64,000 bases of DNA from Pyrodictiaceae archaeon (GCA_027046265.1 JALTZF010000040.1:2339-66338), one strand, 5' to 3'. Shown: positions 1 to 10,114, counted from the first letter of the stretch. Notes: generated by a model from the sequence alone, not told the origin. Numbers and translations: made by a program.

Positions 1-49
1 CCTCTGGCTCTCTTATGCTGGTAACCATGCATGTGAGCTTGTAGATAGA

Positions 50-286
50 ATGGCGGGGAAGATTGCATCATATGAGTCAAAGCTTCCTTTTACAAGGCCA
101 ATACCCCACAACCTTGGCGGTTACAATGTCTATTTATCAAGAGGTCTCCATGACGGAAAACTACATGCTTTCTGGTGCCAAGAAGGTATAGTAGTATGGG
201 TTGAGATAAGTAGAGAAGCTTTGTCAACGATAGATCCAGGAGTACTACTACAAGCTCTCATAGAGGGTATACGCTATAAACGCTAA
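50..286 (+). CDS. hypothetical protein (78 aa)
   Basis: Intact ORF only, with no motif recognised. It ends just before a GC-rich RNA-like region. Confidence 0.3.
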   Translation: MAGKIASYESKLPFTRPIPHNLGGYNVYLSRGLHDGKLHAFWCQEGIVVWVEISREALSTIDPGVLLQALIEGIRYKR

Positions 287-300
287 CCCAGTAACAATCT

Positions 301-505
301 AGTGTAGGTGATGAACGCGCCGGAAGCGAACCCCGGACCGAGGCGCTAATGGCGCTGATGGCGTAAGCCGGGTTGGCTGAAATACGTTTATGTGGCTAGA
401 AAGTAAGAGGGGAATGCGCTGGCTTAGCGGTCAGTTATCCGGCGTTCCACATACACTGCATGACTTAGGAAGGATTCGGAGACCCTCTTACTCATCATAC
501 CTCAA
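301..505. ncRNA. GC-rich structured RNA candidate(s), family unassigned
   Basis: The intergenic stretch 287-662 is clearly more GC-rich than its flanks. Long-range complementarity: GGUGAUGA (307-314) pairs with CAUCA(UA)CC (493-501), and AGUAAGAGGG (402-411) pairs with CCCUCUUACU (483-492, 10 bp). Local hairpins: GCGCC/GGCGC (317-346) and AGCC-GGGUU-GGCU (366-378). TATA-like elements sit on both sides (CTATAAA 274-280 for the + strand; revcomp of 511-520, TCTTAATAGA, for the - strand). RUGAUGA and CUGA boxes occur on both strands but with non-canonical spacing. Strand and family are unresolved. Confidence 0.4.
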
Positions 506-662
506 GTTAGTCTATTAAGACTAGATCAAAGTAAAATCCGTTTCCTGACTCTTTCTTGTAAGAGCCTGCTCTCGTATTAACCGCGTAGAGACCCCTATTG
601 AGTAAGTGGAGGCCCCACACTATTATAGAGTGGATTTGTATATGGTAAGGGGTGGTAAGAGT

Positions 663-1529
663 ATGTGTAGAGGCAAACGCTTACACTTTGGACCTGCAGG
701 GAAACCTGTTGGGCTTAAGAGTGGTGACTATGTTAAAGCTATTGAGTTCATTGCTAGCATGGGTCTTGACGCTATAGAGTACGAGGCTGTAAGGGGTGTT
801 CGGATAAGTGAAGCTAGGGCACGGGCTATCCGCGAGGCAGCTGAGAAGTATAATGTCATAGTCTCACTACATGCACCATACTACATAAACTTTGCTTCAC
901 CAGATACTAGCACACGCAAGAGAAGCCTCGAGAGACTGATCGACTCTATAAAAGCAGCCCATTGGATGGGCGCTTACGTCGTAGTCTTCCACCCCGGATA
1001 CTACAAGGGTCATAGTGATACTCGTAACGCCTTAAGAACGGTCATAGAGTCTCTACGCTACACTGTGGAGTTTATGGAATTAAACAGCATAAGGAAGGTA
1101 TGGTTGTCTCCTGAGACCACAGGGAAGACATCGCAAGTTGGGTCCGTGGAAGAGGTAATTGAGATCTGTATTGAGCTAGGCAAGTTCTGTAAACCAACCA
1201 TAGATTGGGCTCACCTTCACGCACGAAGCGAGGGTAGCTACATTACTAATGAGGATCACGTTATTAGTATTGTAGAAAAACTGGAGAAAGAACTGGGTAA
1301 GGATGCCGTGGATCCATTGCACACGCATTTCAGCCGCATAGAATTCGGACGTGGCGGGGAAAGAGAGCATCGAACATTAGACGAGACAGAGTACGGCCCC
1401 GAATGGCGCATTGTGTGTAGAGCATACCGTGACATTGGAATTCACGCAGTAGTCATATCCGAAAGCCCATTACTAGAGAAGGACGCCATAGTAATGAAGA
1501 GGATTTGCGAAGAGGAAGGTTATCTATAG
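663..1529 (+). CDS. nfo: endonuclease IV-type AP endonuclease (xylose isomerase-like TIM barrel)
   Basis: Motifs HFGPAG, SLHAPYYINF, VVFHPGYY and DWAHLHAR are typical of the AP endonuclease 2 family. The ORF opens at GTG 606. ATG 663 (MCRGKRLHFGPAG) is preferred because a TATA-like TATTATAG lies at 621-628. Confidence 0.7.
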   Translation: MCRGKRLHFGPAGKPVGLKSGDYVKAIEFIASMGLDAIEYEAVRGVRISEARARAIREAAEKYNVIVSLHAPYYINFASPDTSTRKRSLERLIDSIKAAHWMGAYVVVFHPGYYKGHSDTRNALRTVIESLRYTVEFMELNSIRKVWLSPETTGKTSQVGSVEEVIEICIELGKFCKPTIDWAHLHARSEGSYITNEDHVISIVEKLEKELGKDAVDPLHTHFSRIEFGRGGEREHRTLDETEYGPEWRIVCRAYRDIGIHAVVISESPLLEKDAIVMKRICEEEGYL

Positions 1530-1558
1530 TTTTCGATGTATTAAAAGGGATATAAACA

Positions 1559-2068
1559 TCATCTAGACCTCATTCTCTCAAGAAGCCTAGATATCACATT
1601 GCTAGCAAGCTTTTTGTGTTTCTCCTCTTCTTCAACAAGCATTTCGAGCATCTTATAGAGTGACGTGTTAGGTTCAGCATATTCAATTAAGCCCTGGTAA
1701 CTTGACTTAGCGAATTCCTCTATGGTCATATGAGCTTTAACCATTTCAAAGACTTGTCTAAGCTCAAACGGAGATTTTGTACTTAGATGCATTATGAGTT
1801 CCTTTGCCAACACCTGCATTTCACTTATGGATCTTAGTATAGCCCATGCAATCTCTCTATGTAATATACTATCGGAGGCAACGAGAAAGAGCATCCACGC
1901 AGATTCTGGGTCCTCGCTGGCTATTATCTTACTGGTCTCGGCGTATGCATGAGCTTCGCTCATCTCATCTAATGCCACGTCTTCAAGCTGTTTTTTCATT
2001 TCATCAAGCATACTAATCATTCTCCTAAGCCTTTCTTCAAGCTGCTTTCCTTTATTACTACCGTTCAT
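1559..2068 (-). CDS. ferritin/rubrerythrin-like helical protein (hypothetical)
   Basis: All-helical protein with paired acidic motifs and a C-terminal EEEEKHKK. It resembles the C-terminal half of the ORF at 43737-44603. The ORF runs to 2233, but M56 (2068) follows an A/T-rich TATA-like tract (about 2100-2115) and avoids overlap with the divergent gene. Confidence 0.4.
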   Translation of the reverse strand: MNGSNKGKQLEERLRRMISMLDEMKKQLEDVALDEMSEAHAYAETSKIIASEDPESAWMLFLVASDSILHREIAWAILRSISEMQVLAKELIMHLSTKSPFELRQVFEMVKAHMTIEEFAKSSYQGLIEYAEPNTSLYKMLEMLVEEEEKHKKLASNVISRLLERMRSR

Positions 2069-2223
2069 TCCGACTGCACCATTAGAGATTATACACGTAT
2101 TAAGGTTTAAATTAATAAAACCCCATACGTAGTCCGTTTTCGGTGTAAGCTTGAGGCTGCCTAGATAAGATGTGACAATAGCGTAGTAGTTACGACACTG
2201 AAACCAGCGAGGCTTGATGAATT

Positions 2224-3072
2224 TTGACGACACACAATCTTACTGTATTTACGCTGGGGTCTTCGGTATTTGCACTGATCGTAGCACTAGTTCTTTACCT
2301 TAGGCTCTTTACCTTAAAGAATGTTAATGAAGTGGAGAGGATGTGTAAAGCAATATTTGTGGTTGTGTATGTTTCTTTGTTTTTTACAGCTCTTTCGGTA
2401 TTGAGTAGCGATATCTTGGATGCGGCTATCTATGTACCAATACTCTTCGTTACTACACAGTCATTGATAGGATTCTTCCTTGATAAAAAGACTGAAGGAT
2501 TCGTTAGATTCGAGATAGGAGAGAACATCTACACTTTACGTTTGCTAGACAAGAAGAAGATCACAGCATTTACACTCGTATGGAATAGGAAGATGTATGC
2601 TTCTTCGTACTTAGTTAAGGTGCTTACACCACGAGAAATTTCAGCTATAATGGCTCACGAGGTTGGCCACATAAATGCATTTAAACCTATACCGGTAAGT
2701 CTCGCAGTGATAGTATACGTATCCCTACTAGCATTATCAATAAGTGGGGCAATCAGTATGGCGCTAGATGGTTTTATACATTATTCTGCTATAGCATTTT
2801 TAGTAGCACTCTATGCGTGGGTTATATTCAGCTGGACTTGGGAGCATACAGCTGACATTTATGCGTACAAGTACATAGGGCTAGATACCATATTAGTCTT
2901 ACAAAAAATAACTCATACTGTTCCAACAAAACCTAATATGATAGACATTATTATAGGAATCCTTAGAAGCTTAAAGCCTACAAGGGCGGGAGCCCTTCTT
3001 GTGAACCCACACCCACCTCCCAGTGTAAGACTTTGGCTTCTTTTCAACATAGCAGAAAATGCACCACACTAA
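2224..3072 (+). CDS. membrane Zn-metalloprotease, M48/HtpX-like
   Basis: HEXXH motif (AIMAHEVGHINAF) flanked by several hydrophobic helices. The start is uncertain (TTG 2224 or ATG 2341). Confidence 0.55.
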   Translation: MTTHNLTVFTLGSSVFALIVALVLYLRLFTLKNVNEVERMCKAIFVVVYVSLFFTALSVLSSDILDAAIYVPILFVTTQSLIGFFLDKKTEGFVRFEIGENIYTLRLLDKKKITAFTLVWNRKMYASSYLVKVLTPREISAIMAHEVGHINAFKPIPVSLAVIVYVSLLALSISGAISMALDGFIHYSAIAFLVALYAWVIFSWTWEHTADIYAYKYIGLDTILVLQKITHTVPTKPNMIDIIIGILRSLKPTRAGALLVNPHPPPSVRLWLLFNIAENAPH

Positions 3073-3161
3073 GCTGGACAGAGAGTATTACACAGGACTT
3101 ACTACCCCTACACGCACACAACCCCTAGCCTAGAACCTAGTTAAGTTTTGGGGAAAATAAG

Positions 3162-3527
3162 GTGAGCACAACAATACTGCAACATACTACTGGGCACAAT
3201 AACTCATTCTCAAGTCTGCCCCTCGACTATATAGCTGATAAGATAAAGTGTCCACAAACGACAAATATGATGAAAGTTGAGACATACGAGTTCGAAGAAA
3301 AAGTCGTTACAAGCCGCTTCACTGGCATAGCATGCATAGAAGTTGAAGATGGTAGCACAGCAATCTTTATCGTTGGTGACGGAGTTCTACTGGGAGGCTA
3401 TTACTATAGCATTAACGGAATAGAAAAGAGAGGCTATACAGCTCTTGATGCCATACTACAATACAGCAAAATCAAGTTAGCATTATACACCATTAGTATT
3501 AGTGAAGTCTTAGAAGAAACTAGCTAG
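3162..3527 (+). CDS. hypothetical protein (121 aa)
   Basis: ORF only, GTG start, no motif recognised. Confidence 0.3.
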   Translation: MSTTILQHTTGHNNSFSSLPLDYIADKIKCPQTTNMMKVETYEFEEKVVTSRFTGIACIEVEDGSTAIFIVGDGVLLGGYYYSINGIEKRGYTALDAILQYSKIKLALYTISISEVLEETS

Positions 3528-3550
3528 CCCACATTATAGGAGGGAGAACC

Positions 3551-3694
3551 ATGAAGAGGAGAAGAGGTAAGGTCAGAACAGGAGATTCTAGTAATAGTGA
3601 CAATTATAATAGCAAAAAAGATGAGGCAAGTGTAGTTGAGATAGCTAGTCTGCTTTTGTCAGCCATTTATGATGGCGTGGCTGTTGCTGCATAG
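3551..3694 (+). CDS. possible small protein (47 aa, basic N-terminus, hydrophobic C-terminus)
   Basis: ATG 3551 is preceded by GGAGGG. I translated it by hand as MKRRRGKVRTGDSSNSDNYNSKKDEASVVEIASLLLSAIYDGVAVAA. It is not in the ORF track because it is under 60 aa. Confidence 0.2.
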   Translation: MKRRRGKVRTGDSSNSDNYNSKKDEASVVEIASLLLSAIYDGVAVAA

Positions 3695-3719
3695 GCCTTC
3701 TGCCTTCACTGCAAAATTA

Positions 3720-4565
3720 TTACTGTGATACTAGCCTTCTAGCAAGATAATACATTACTGGTACAAGTAAGAGAGCTGCAGCTATAGCAATACTCCAGGC
3801 AAGTTTTTCAATTACAGTAATAGCACCAGGTACAAAGCCAAAGATGCCCGATATGCCCACTATAAGGAATACTAGTAATACCAGGAATTTGGCGAAGCCC
3901 GCTATAGGCCTAAACTCTTCATGTTCCTCGGCAATTGACTTTATGAGTTTCTCTGAGACTGCTATACCTAGCGCTATGGCTACAACACCGAGTATGAGTG
4001 GGTATATGACCTCACCAGGTAATAGTAAGATGTTGAAAACCATGCCCAACAAGAATGCTAGAAGGCCAACAAAGAGAATATCTTTGAGAAGATCTACAAG
4101 CTCAGGCTTTTGCTCAGGTATCGCAACACTTAATTGACGTGCGACAAATGTTGCAAGTAACTCAAAGAGAGCAGCGCCAAAGACTAGAATTATTACTGCA
4201 CCAACTACACGGACGAGGTAGATGGCAATATTAATTATTGCTGAACCGGCTAGCCCACCTAAGCCGATAAACTGTAGTGCTATAACCAACGAGACCAAAG
4301 TCACAAAAGCCCAAACAAGATTGCCGACAAGCTCAGAAAAGTCAATGCCAGCTTTTCTGTAGGACTTTCCAAGCTCTGTTGAGTCAACAATTCTCTCTAT
4401 ACCAACACGTTCTATAAGCCTATTAACCCCTTGACCAATGCTTCTGCCAATGTAATATCCTGCCAGCACAATAATTATAGCAGCTATTATTTTTGGTAGC
4501 ATAAGTATAGTATACGATACAGCCGTCTCAACAGATTGTGTTATTGCCTCAACAATACCTGCCAT
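3720..4565 (-). CDS. multi-pass membrane protein, conserved TM-helix repeat type (MscS-associated family)
   Basis: Repeated units of a hydrophobic helix followed by a short charged linker. The N-terminus LPKIIAAIIIVLAGYYIGR...VNRLIERVGIER is typical of TM_helix repeat proteins. Confidence 0.45.
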   Translation of the reverse strand: MAGIVEAITQSVETAVSYTILMLPKIIAAIIIVLAGYYIGRSIGQGVNRLIERVGIERIVDSTELGKSYRKAGIDFSELVGNLVWAFVTLVSLVIALQFIGLGGLAGSAIINIAIYLVRVVGAVIILVFGAALFELLATFVARQLSVAIPEQKPELVDLLKDILFVGLLAFLLGMVFNILLLPGEVIYPLILGVVAIALGIAVSEKLIKSIAEEHEEFRPIAGFAKFLVLLVFLIVGISGIFGFVPGAITVIEKLAWSIAIAAALLLVPVMYYLARRLVSQ

Positions 4566-4819
4566 GGGCTTACACCTTTACGTCATCAACCTACTACTCT
4601 GTTAACTATTATTGTAGGCCCTCTATTTAATAGTTTTGCGTAAGAGAGTAATGAGTTAAACGGTAAGTTTACCTCTTCTCGATAAAAAATAACAAAACAT
4701 GCTTAAATAGTTTGAGTTATTTCAAAAACATCTATCAAAGCGCAATTATCCAGAAAGTGGGGAGGCTCGGTGGGTCCACTCTCTTCATCTCCTCTGGGGG
4801 ATCGAGCCCGCCACAATCC

Positions 4820-6406
4820 TCATAGCCCAAGAACAAGTTTAGAGACAAGGGTCATGTATATGACTGCAACGCTTACATCAACGACTGTGGTCACGAAAGG
4901 TGCAGAGAGTGTTGCAGGGTCGAAACCTAAGCGTCTTGCTATTATTGGTAGGCTAGCGCCTACAAGATCAGAGAACACTATAACTATGAAGAGTGTTAAT
5001 GATATAGAGATGGCTAGTTCTATACTATTGCTCATAATATATGCAAATCCTAGCCCTATTAATGCAAACATAACACCTATAATGGTTGCTGTAATTAGTT
5101 CTTTGAGCACTGTGTAAACTATATCGCTCCTACTGCGCTCACTTATTTCTCCTAATGCGAGAGCCCTAATGATAGTGCTGGATGCCTGGCTGCCAACATT
5201 TCCTCCTGTATCCATTATAAGTGGTATGAACGCAGCAGCAACAGCTATACGTTCTATAGTCTCCTCATATTGTTTAAGTATGCTTGCAGTCACACTTTCA
5301 ATTATGTATATCAGGAAGAGCCAGGGAATCCTTAGCTTTACAAGCTCGCGTATGCTTGCTTGTAAGTAACGCTCCTTGGGCTTCTCGGCTAGGCCTCCAA
5401 GCTTTGCTACGTCCTCTGCTGCTTCTTCTGTTAGCACATAGGTTATATCCTCTATCGGTATAACCCCAAGGAAGATTCCTCCGTCGTCGACTACGGGTAA
5501 TCGCCGTATCTCGTAGCGTAGCATTATCTTAGCAACCTCCTCCTGATCCTCGTAAGGACTAACAGTTACTGGCGGTTTCCTTGCAAGCTTCGCGAGTTTC
5601 TCTGTAGGTTTAGCCCGCAGGAGCTCGTCTATCGGCACTATACCATAGAACCTCTTCGGGCCATCAACGACAACTACTATGTCTTTGACATAATAATCAC
5701 TTTTAAGGAGTTTTTGTAATGCCTCTTGTACCGTGGACTCTTTCTGGAGTACTAGAACACTAGTTGTCATTATGCCGCCTGCGCTTTCCGGCGGATACTT
5801 TAACAGTTTGGCTACCTCGCTCCTCTTCTCAGAGGGCAAGCTTTGGAGTATAGCCCTTTGCATATGTTCTGGTAGTAAAGGGAGAATATCAGCTATCTCG
5901 TTAGCATCAAGTTCCTCTAGGGCCCTGGCAAGTTCTTTAGGGTTTACTGACTCAACTATTTCCTTTACGAGATCCTCCTCAGCCTCGGCTAGGAACAGCG
6001 CTAATGTGTGTGGGCTAAGCATTGGGTATATCTTAATCCTAATATCATTAGGCAAACGCATAATAGCGTCTAACAAGTCTGGAGGATCAAGGTAATGTTC
6101 TAAAACTGTCACAATCCCTGGTCTTTCCTTAATGAATTCTGCTACTAGAGAAGCTGCCGCAGGGCCTATTTCTGCGACATACACGTCTGCATCCTCAAGG
6201 TTCTCCTCTAGGGTTTCTGCGAGCTTTGTCTCTTCGACATTACTGTCTATAAGTAATAGTAGACGTGAATAGCCATTAAGGCGGTAACCTACACTAGTAA
6301 CAATGTTCCCTCCCATTCTATGTATTGTGTTTGTTACCACACTAAGTATGCCAGGCTTGTCTAGAGCCTCAATGAATACCACTTGTCTTGCCATCATAGC
6401 ACCCAA
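4820..6406 (-). CDS. mgtE: magnesium transporter MgtE with N-terminal ACT-like domain
   Basis: MgtE N-domain, a CBS pair, and a TM domain with DTGGNVGSQASS. The first ~75 aa (VVFIEALDKPGILSVVTNTIHRMGGNIVTSVGY) look like an ACT fold. Confidence 0.85.
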   Translation of the reverse strand: MGAMMARQVVFIEALDKPGILSVVTNTIHRMGGNIVTSVGYRLNGYSRLLLLIDSNVEETKLAETLEENLEDADVYVAEIGPAAASLVAEFIKERPGIVTVLEHYLDPPDLLDAIMRLPNDIRIKIYPMLSPHTLALFLAEAEEDLVKEIVESVNPKELARALEELDANEIADILPLLPEHMQRAILQSLPSEKRSEVAKLLKYPPESAGGIMTTSVLVLQKESTVQEALQKLLKSDYYVKDIVVVVDGPKRFYGIVPIDELLRAKPTEKLAKLARKPPVTVSPYEDQEEVAKIMLRYEIRRLPVVDDGGIFLGVIPIEDITYVLTEEAAEDVAKLGGLAEKPKERYLQASIRELVKLRIPWLFLIYIIESVTASILKQYEETIERIAVAAAFIPLIMDTGGNVGSQASSTIIRALALGEISERSRSDIVYTVLKELITATIIGVMFALIGLGFAYIMSNSIELAISISLTLFIVIVFSDLVGASLPIIARRLGFDPATLSAPFVTTVVDVSVAVIYMTLVSKLVLGL

Positions 6407-6573
6407 GCTTGTCCCGAAGTATTCTACTCATGCTTGGCCCTTTAGCATGTATTTAGCACAAACTGTACATAGCTACTGGGTAAAATCGTTAATGCTAGGT
6501 GTACTGTCTCCTCCTAATAAAAGTCTTATTTTACCTGGTAAAAGAGGGTATGTTGTGTGGTGAAGACGCAGAG

Positions 6574-7890
6574 ATGCCATTAACAATAGTCGTGCTTGCT
6601 GGAGGGCGTGGAGAGAGACTCTGGCCACTAACAAGTACAAGGCCTAAACCTTTACTGCCACTCCCTGGGGGCGAAACACTTCTAACTAGGCTTATAATGC
6701 AAACCAGAAAGTTTGCCAAAAGCTACGTTATTGTTATACCTAAGGGCTCTGCTGGAGTTAAGATAAAGGAGAATCTTCGTGATGCAGGTGTACAAGTAAG
6801 GTTTGCTGAACAGGACAATCCTCTTGGTACTGGTCATGCTGTCCAAAAGGCGTTCAGCGAACTGCCTCCGGCTAGTGATGAGATTTTATTGTTATATGGT
6901 GATTTGTTTGTAGCAGATGCAATCATAAAGACTTTGACTAATTTAGAGCCTCCGGCTATTATTGGGGTTAAGAGTAGTGAGCCTTGGAACTATGGCGTTC
7001 TCGAAGTTGATGATAGAGGTTGTTTGCGCAAAATAATAGAGAAGCCCTCTGACGCCAAGCCTGGGGCTCTAATTAATGCAGGCATATACTTGCTCGAGGT
7101 ACAAGCACTAGAGGAGGCATTGAGGAAGATTGATGTAAGTCCACGAGGAGAGCTTGAACTCACTGATGCAGTACAAGAACTGGCTAAGAGGACTTGTGTC
7201 AAGGTAGTAGAAGCCAAGGGGACATGGATAGATGTCGGCAGGCCATGGGATCTATTCGCTGTGTACAGGGCAGTATTCAGTGAGAGTGTCGGTGATAAGT
7301 CTATAATTAAAGGAGAGGTATCCCCTCTTGCCTCTATTAAGGGTCCAGTGTACATAGGTCCTAATGCAGTTATTCGGGAGTATACAGTCATAGAGGGTCC
7401 TGCCTGGATTGAAGGTGAAGTAGGGCCTCTTTCGAGGATTAGGCCATGGAGCTTTATCCTTGAGGAAGCTAGAGTAGGTGCACACACGGAAATCAAGAAT
7501 AGTATACTGCTACATGGCGCAAAAGCACCTCACTTTAACTATGTTGGTGATAGTATTATTGGAGAGGAAGTCAATCTTGGTGCTGGAACGATAACAGCCA
7601 ATTTAAGATTTGATCATGCTACAATAAAAATTAAGCTCAAGGGTAAACTGGTTGATACTGGGCTAAACAAGCTTGGGAGCATCATGGGTGACTATGCGCA
7701 GACAGGGATTAATGTGTCATTGCTTCCAGGCACAAGAGTAGGTGCATTTAGTTGGATATATCCTGGTTTAACTGTTGGTGGCGACATTCCGGATTGTGTA
7801 CTTGCAAAGCCTAGCAGTGGGGGTGTCATATTAGTTGATATTAGTGATAGGGTAGAGTGTAACATACTTAGCCAGGATAAAAGCATGTAA
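6574..7890 (+). CDS. bifunctional sugar-1-phosphate nucleotidylyltransferase/acetyltransferase (GlmU-like)
   Basis: N-terminal VVLAGGRGERLWPLTSTRPKPLLPL signature plus C-terminal hexapeptide (left-handed beta-helix) repeats. ATG 6574 is preferred over the ORF-track start at 6499. Confidence 0.8.
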   Translation: MPLTIVVLAGGRGERLWPLTSTRPKPLLPLPGGETLLTRLIMQTRKFAKSYVIVIPKGSAGVKIKENLRDAGVQVRFAEQDNPLGTGHAVQKAFSELPPASDEILLLYGDLFVADAIIKTLTNLEPPAIIGVKSSEPWNYGVLEVDDRGCLRKIIEKPSDAKPGALINAGIYLLEVQALEEALRKIDVSPRGELELTDAVQELAKRTCVKVVEAKGTWIDVGRPWDLFAVYRAVFSESVGDKSIIKGEVSPLASIKGPVYIGPNAVIREYTVIEGPAWIEGEVGPLSRIRPWSFILEEARVGAHTEIKNSILLHGAKAPHFNYVGDSIIGEEVNLGAGTITANLRFDHATIKIKLKGKLVDTGLNKLGSIMGDYAQTGINVSLLPGTRVGAFSWIYPGLTVGGDIPDCVLAKPSSGGVILVDISDRVECNILSQDKSM

Positions 7891-7982
7891 GTATTATTGT
7901 TTTCGCTTATATTTCTTTATATCTGACTAAAGTCTTTGAACTTAATAGTCGAGCCCTTAATATCCTTCTCAATAATTAAACA

Positions 7983-8741
7983 ATGATTACGGGAACTTGC
8001 ATCATGCTCGTAGATTTTGAGCTATTTATTTTCCTCGTACGTAACCTACGCGGCATGTATGCTCCAGTAGTAGAAGACAACCATGATAGGTATATTTCAT
8101 GGATAGTGAAAAGGTATAAGTATAGAGATATAGGTGTTGCAGACTGTATTGTTAAATTGAAAAGTGGAGTCTTTAAGGGAAGACTTGAAGGTAGACCGTT
8201 CCACGTACTTAGACCGCCTACTAAATCTCTAGCTGAAGCGGCAAAGGTTTTCTCAAATGCCCTCTCCGTAAATACTGAAGAAAAATGTTTATTTGGGTCT
8301 ATGGCTCTTTCACTCATATATGCTGTACCTTTATTTCTCACAAAGAATTCACTCGATATCCTCCAAGAGAACGGTATGGTTGTACACTTTGTTAAAGGGT
8401 TTATAGAAGATGTAAATCAAGCTAAGTTACACATGAGGATAGCAGGGTATAGTGTCCTAGACTACTTAGTTGACTCTGTGAGGTTAGCCATAGAATGTAT
8501 CCGAGATAGAAAGTGCAGCCCTGATGACATTATTAACTTGAGGAGAGAGTTTGCGAAGAGGGATGAGAAGAGATACTGGAGGATAATAAATAAAGGCGAC
8601 GATATTGTTGTAGTATATATTGACCACGCTCATAAGCTCTTACGTTCTGGTATTGCAAAGAACTTCGTATCGAGTGAAGCGCGCATTCTTCTTGGCATGC
8701 CCATAGGCATTCTTTTAGACTCTATGCCAGGCATCCACTAG
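7983..8741 (+). CDS. hypothetical protein (252 aa)
   Basis: ORF only; the start is uncertain. Confidence 0.35.
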   Translation: MITGTCIMLVDFELFIFLVRNLRGMYAPVVEDNHDRYISWIVKRYKYRDIGVADCIVKLKSGVFKGRLEGRPFHVLRPPTKSLAEAAKVFSNALSVNTEEKCLFGSMALSLIYAVPLFLTKNSLDILQENGMVVHFVKGFIEDVNQAKLHMRIAGYSVLDYLVDSVRLAIECIRDRKCSPDDIINLRREFAKRDEKRYWRIINKGDDIVVVYIDHAHKLLRSGIAKNFVSSEARILLGMPIGILLDSMPGIH

Positions 8742-8768
8742 GATAGACTAACCTAGTTTCTTTACGAG

Positions 8769-9914
8769 TTAGCTAGGTATGAGCATATGAGCTGTGAGTT
8801 CTAACAGTACGAAGTAGACTATGAGAATTACTAAACCCAATGGAACTCCAACCCTTACCCACTCTTTAGAGCTTATTCTAAGCCTAGCTGCTACAACAAT
8901 GTTAGGTACATTGCCTGGTATATGCATTCCACCAGATATGAGAAGTGCCATAAGCATGAATTTCAATCGTACAGGATCTATGCCTGGAACAACCTCAGCG
9001 GCTGTTAGTGTGGCATTATCCACTACAGCTGATATAGTGTTCATCCAGTAGAGAAGTTCGGCAGGCATCTTGACAAAGTACCACTCTGCAATCGGCGTAA
9101 AACTCGTACCTAGCAGTTCTAATGCTGCGACAAATATGTAGACACGTATAGCCCTCATTAATACTGAGTGCAAGCTCTCACTGTAAGACTCCTCGGCAAC
9201 CTCTTCTCTGCCTTCAATTTCGTTCATGGTATAGCCTCGTATTGCCCGCTCAGATGCATATAATGCTAATACTATAACTCCAGGAATAATGTATACTCCA
9301 AGAAGTTCTAATAGATACAATGGATGCTCGCCAAGTTTTGATATAGCTATGGTTGATAATGGCTCGCCTACCGGAGTTAGGGCTGCACCCATGCCTAAAG
9401 CGAACGACGCAATAACAGCCACTTCGACTTTCCTGCGCCGAGGCAATGGAAGAGAGACCATGATCTCAGCTAAAATAACAGCCGCTACTATAACTGATAT
9501 AACGCTACTAGTTAAGCCTAATACCACCGTTATTATAAAGATGAATTTCTTCAAGCCATACTTCTTAAGTGCATTATTAAGAGCAGACGTTATCCTGTCA
9601 TGCCACTTGTAGAAAACATAACCTGCAATAAAGACAACCTGGGTTATACCTATAGGCACGCCATGTATAACTAATGGCGTTGTAAGCGCCTTAACTATAA
9701 CCTCCATAAGACCCTTGTCTGTTAGAAAGCCTGCATGTACTATGGCAATGATCCCTATAATACCCATTACTAAGAAGAAGGGTTCAAGGTGTTCTTCTAT
9801 TTTACGTGAAGTAAGGGGTAAGATTAGAACTGCAACAAGAATACTCATAAGAGCTATAACAACACTGTAGACAGGCTCCTCGGGTATGACTAACCCAGTT
9901 ATGGCTGCCAACAT
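8769..9914 (-). CDS. multi-pass membrane permease (ArsB/NhaD-superfamily, DUF1646-like)
   Basis: About 10-11 predicted helices. The family assignment is from memory of DUF1646-type archaeal proteins. Confidence 0.4.
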   Translation of the reverse strand: MLAAITGLVIPEEPVYSVVIALMSILVAVLILPLTSRKIEEHLEPFFLVMGIIGIIAIVHAGFLTDKGLMEVIVKALTTPLVIHGVPIGITQVVFIAGYVFYKWHDRITSALNNALKKYGLKKFIFIITVVLGLTSSVISVIVAAVILAEIMVSLPLPRRRKVEVAVIASFALGMGAALTPVGEPLSTIAISKLGEHPLYLLELLGVYIIPGVIVLALYASERAIRGYTMNEIEGREEVAEESYSESLHSVLMRAIRVYIFVAALELLGTSFTPIAEWYFVKMPAELLYWMNTISAVVDNATLTAAEVVPGIDPVRLKFMLMALLISGGMHIPGNVPNIVVAARLRISSKEWVRVGVPLGLVILIVYFVLLELTAHMLIPS

Positions 9915-10114
9915 GGCACCCCCAACAGCTCTTCAGCGATAATAGCTTCTCCCATGCCCGGGATAAAAAGTAGTAACTTATAGGAAAGGACTGGGTTAGT
10001 AAGTCGAGTTCTTTACCTATAAGCGTAACTTAAACCACACGAACATTAGCAAAGCACAACAAGTAAGGAGGATACGTTGTTAGAAAGAAAAGAAAGAATG
10101 TATGTTACCTCATT

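Noticed and set aside
301-505. Calling this region RNase P RNA because of AACCCGGCUUA (CR-V-like) and GAAAGU (CR-I-like).
   Set aside because: The CR-V-like site is quasi-palindromic and matches in both orientations. I found no partner strand able to form P4 at a sensible distance. The region is about 100 nt too short for type A RNase P RNA. It is kept only as an unclassified RNA.
4758-4825. GC-rich patch downstream of mgtE with a GGCUCG/CGAGCC stem followed by ACA (H/ACA-like).
   Set aside because: I could not build an upper stem or K-turn, because the interior is a pyrimidine run. It may simply be a terminator-proximal hairpin.
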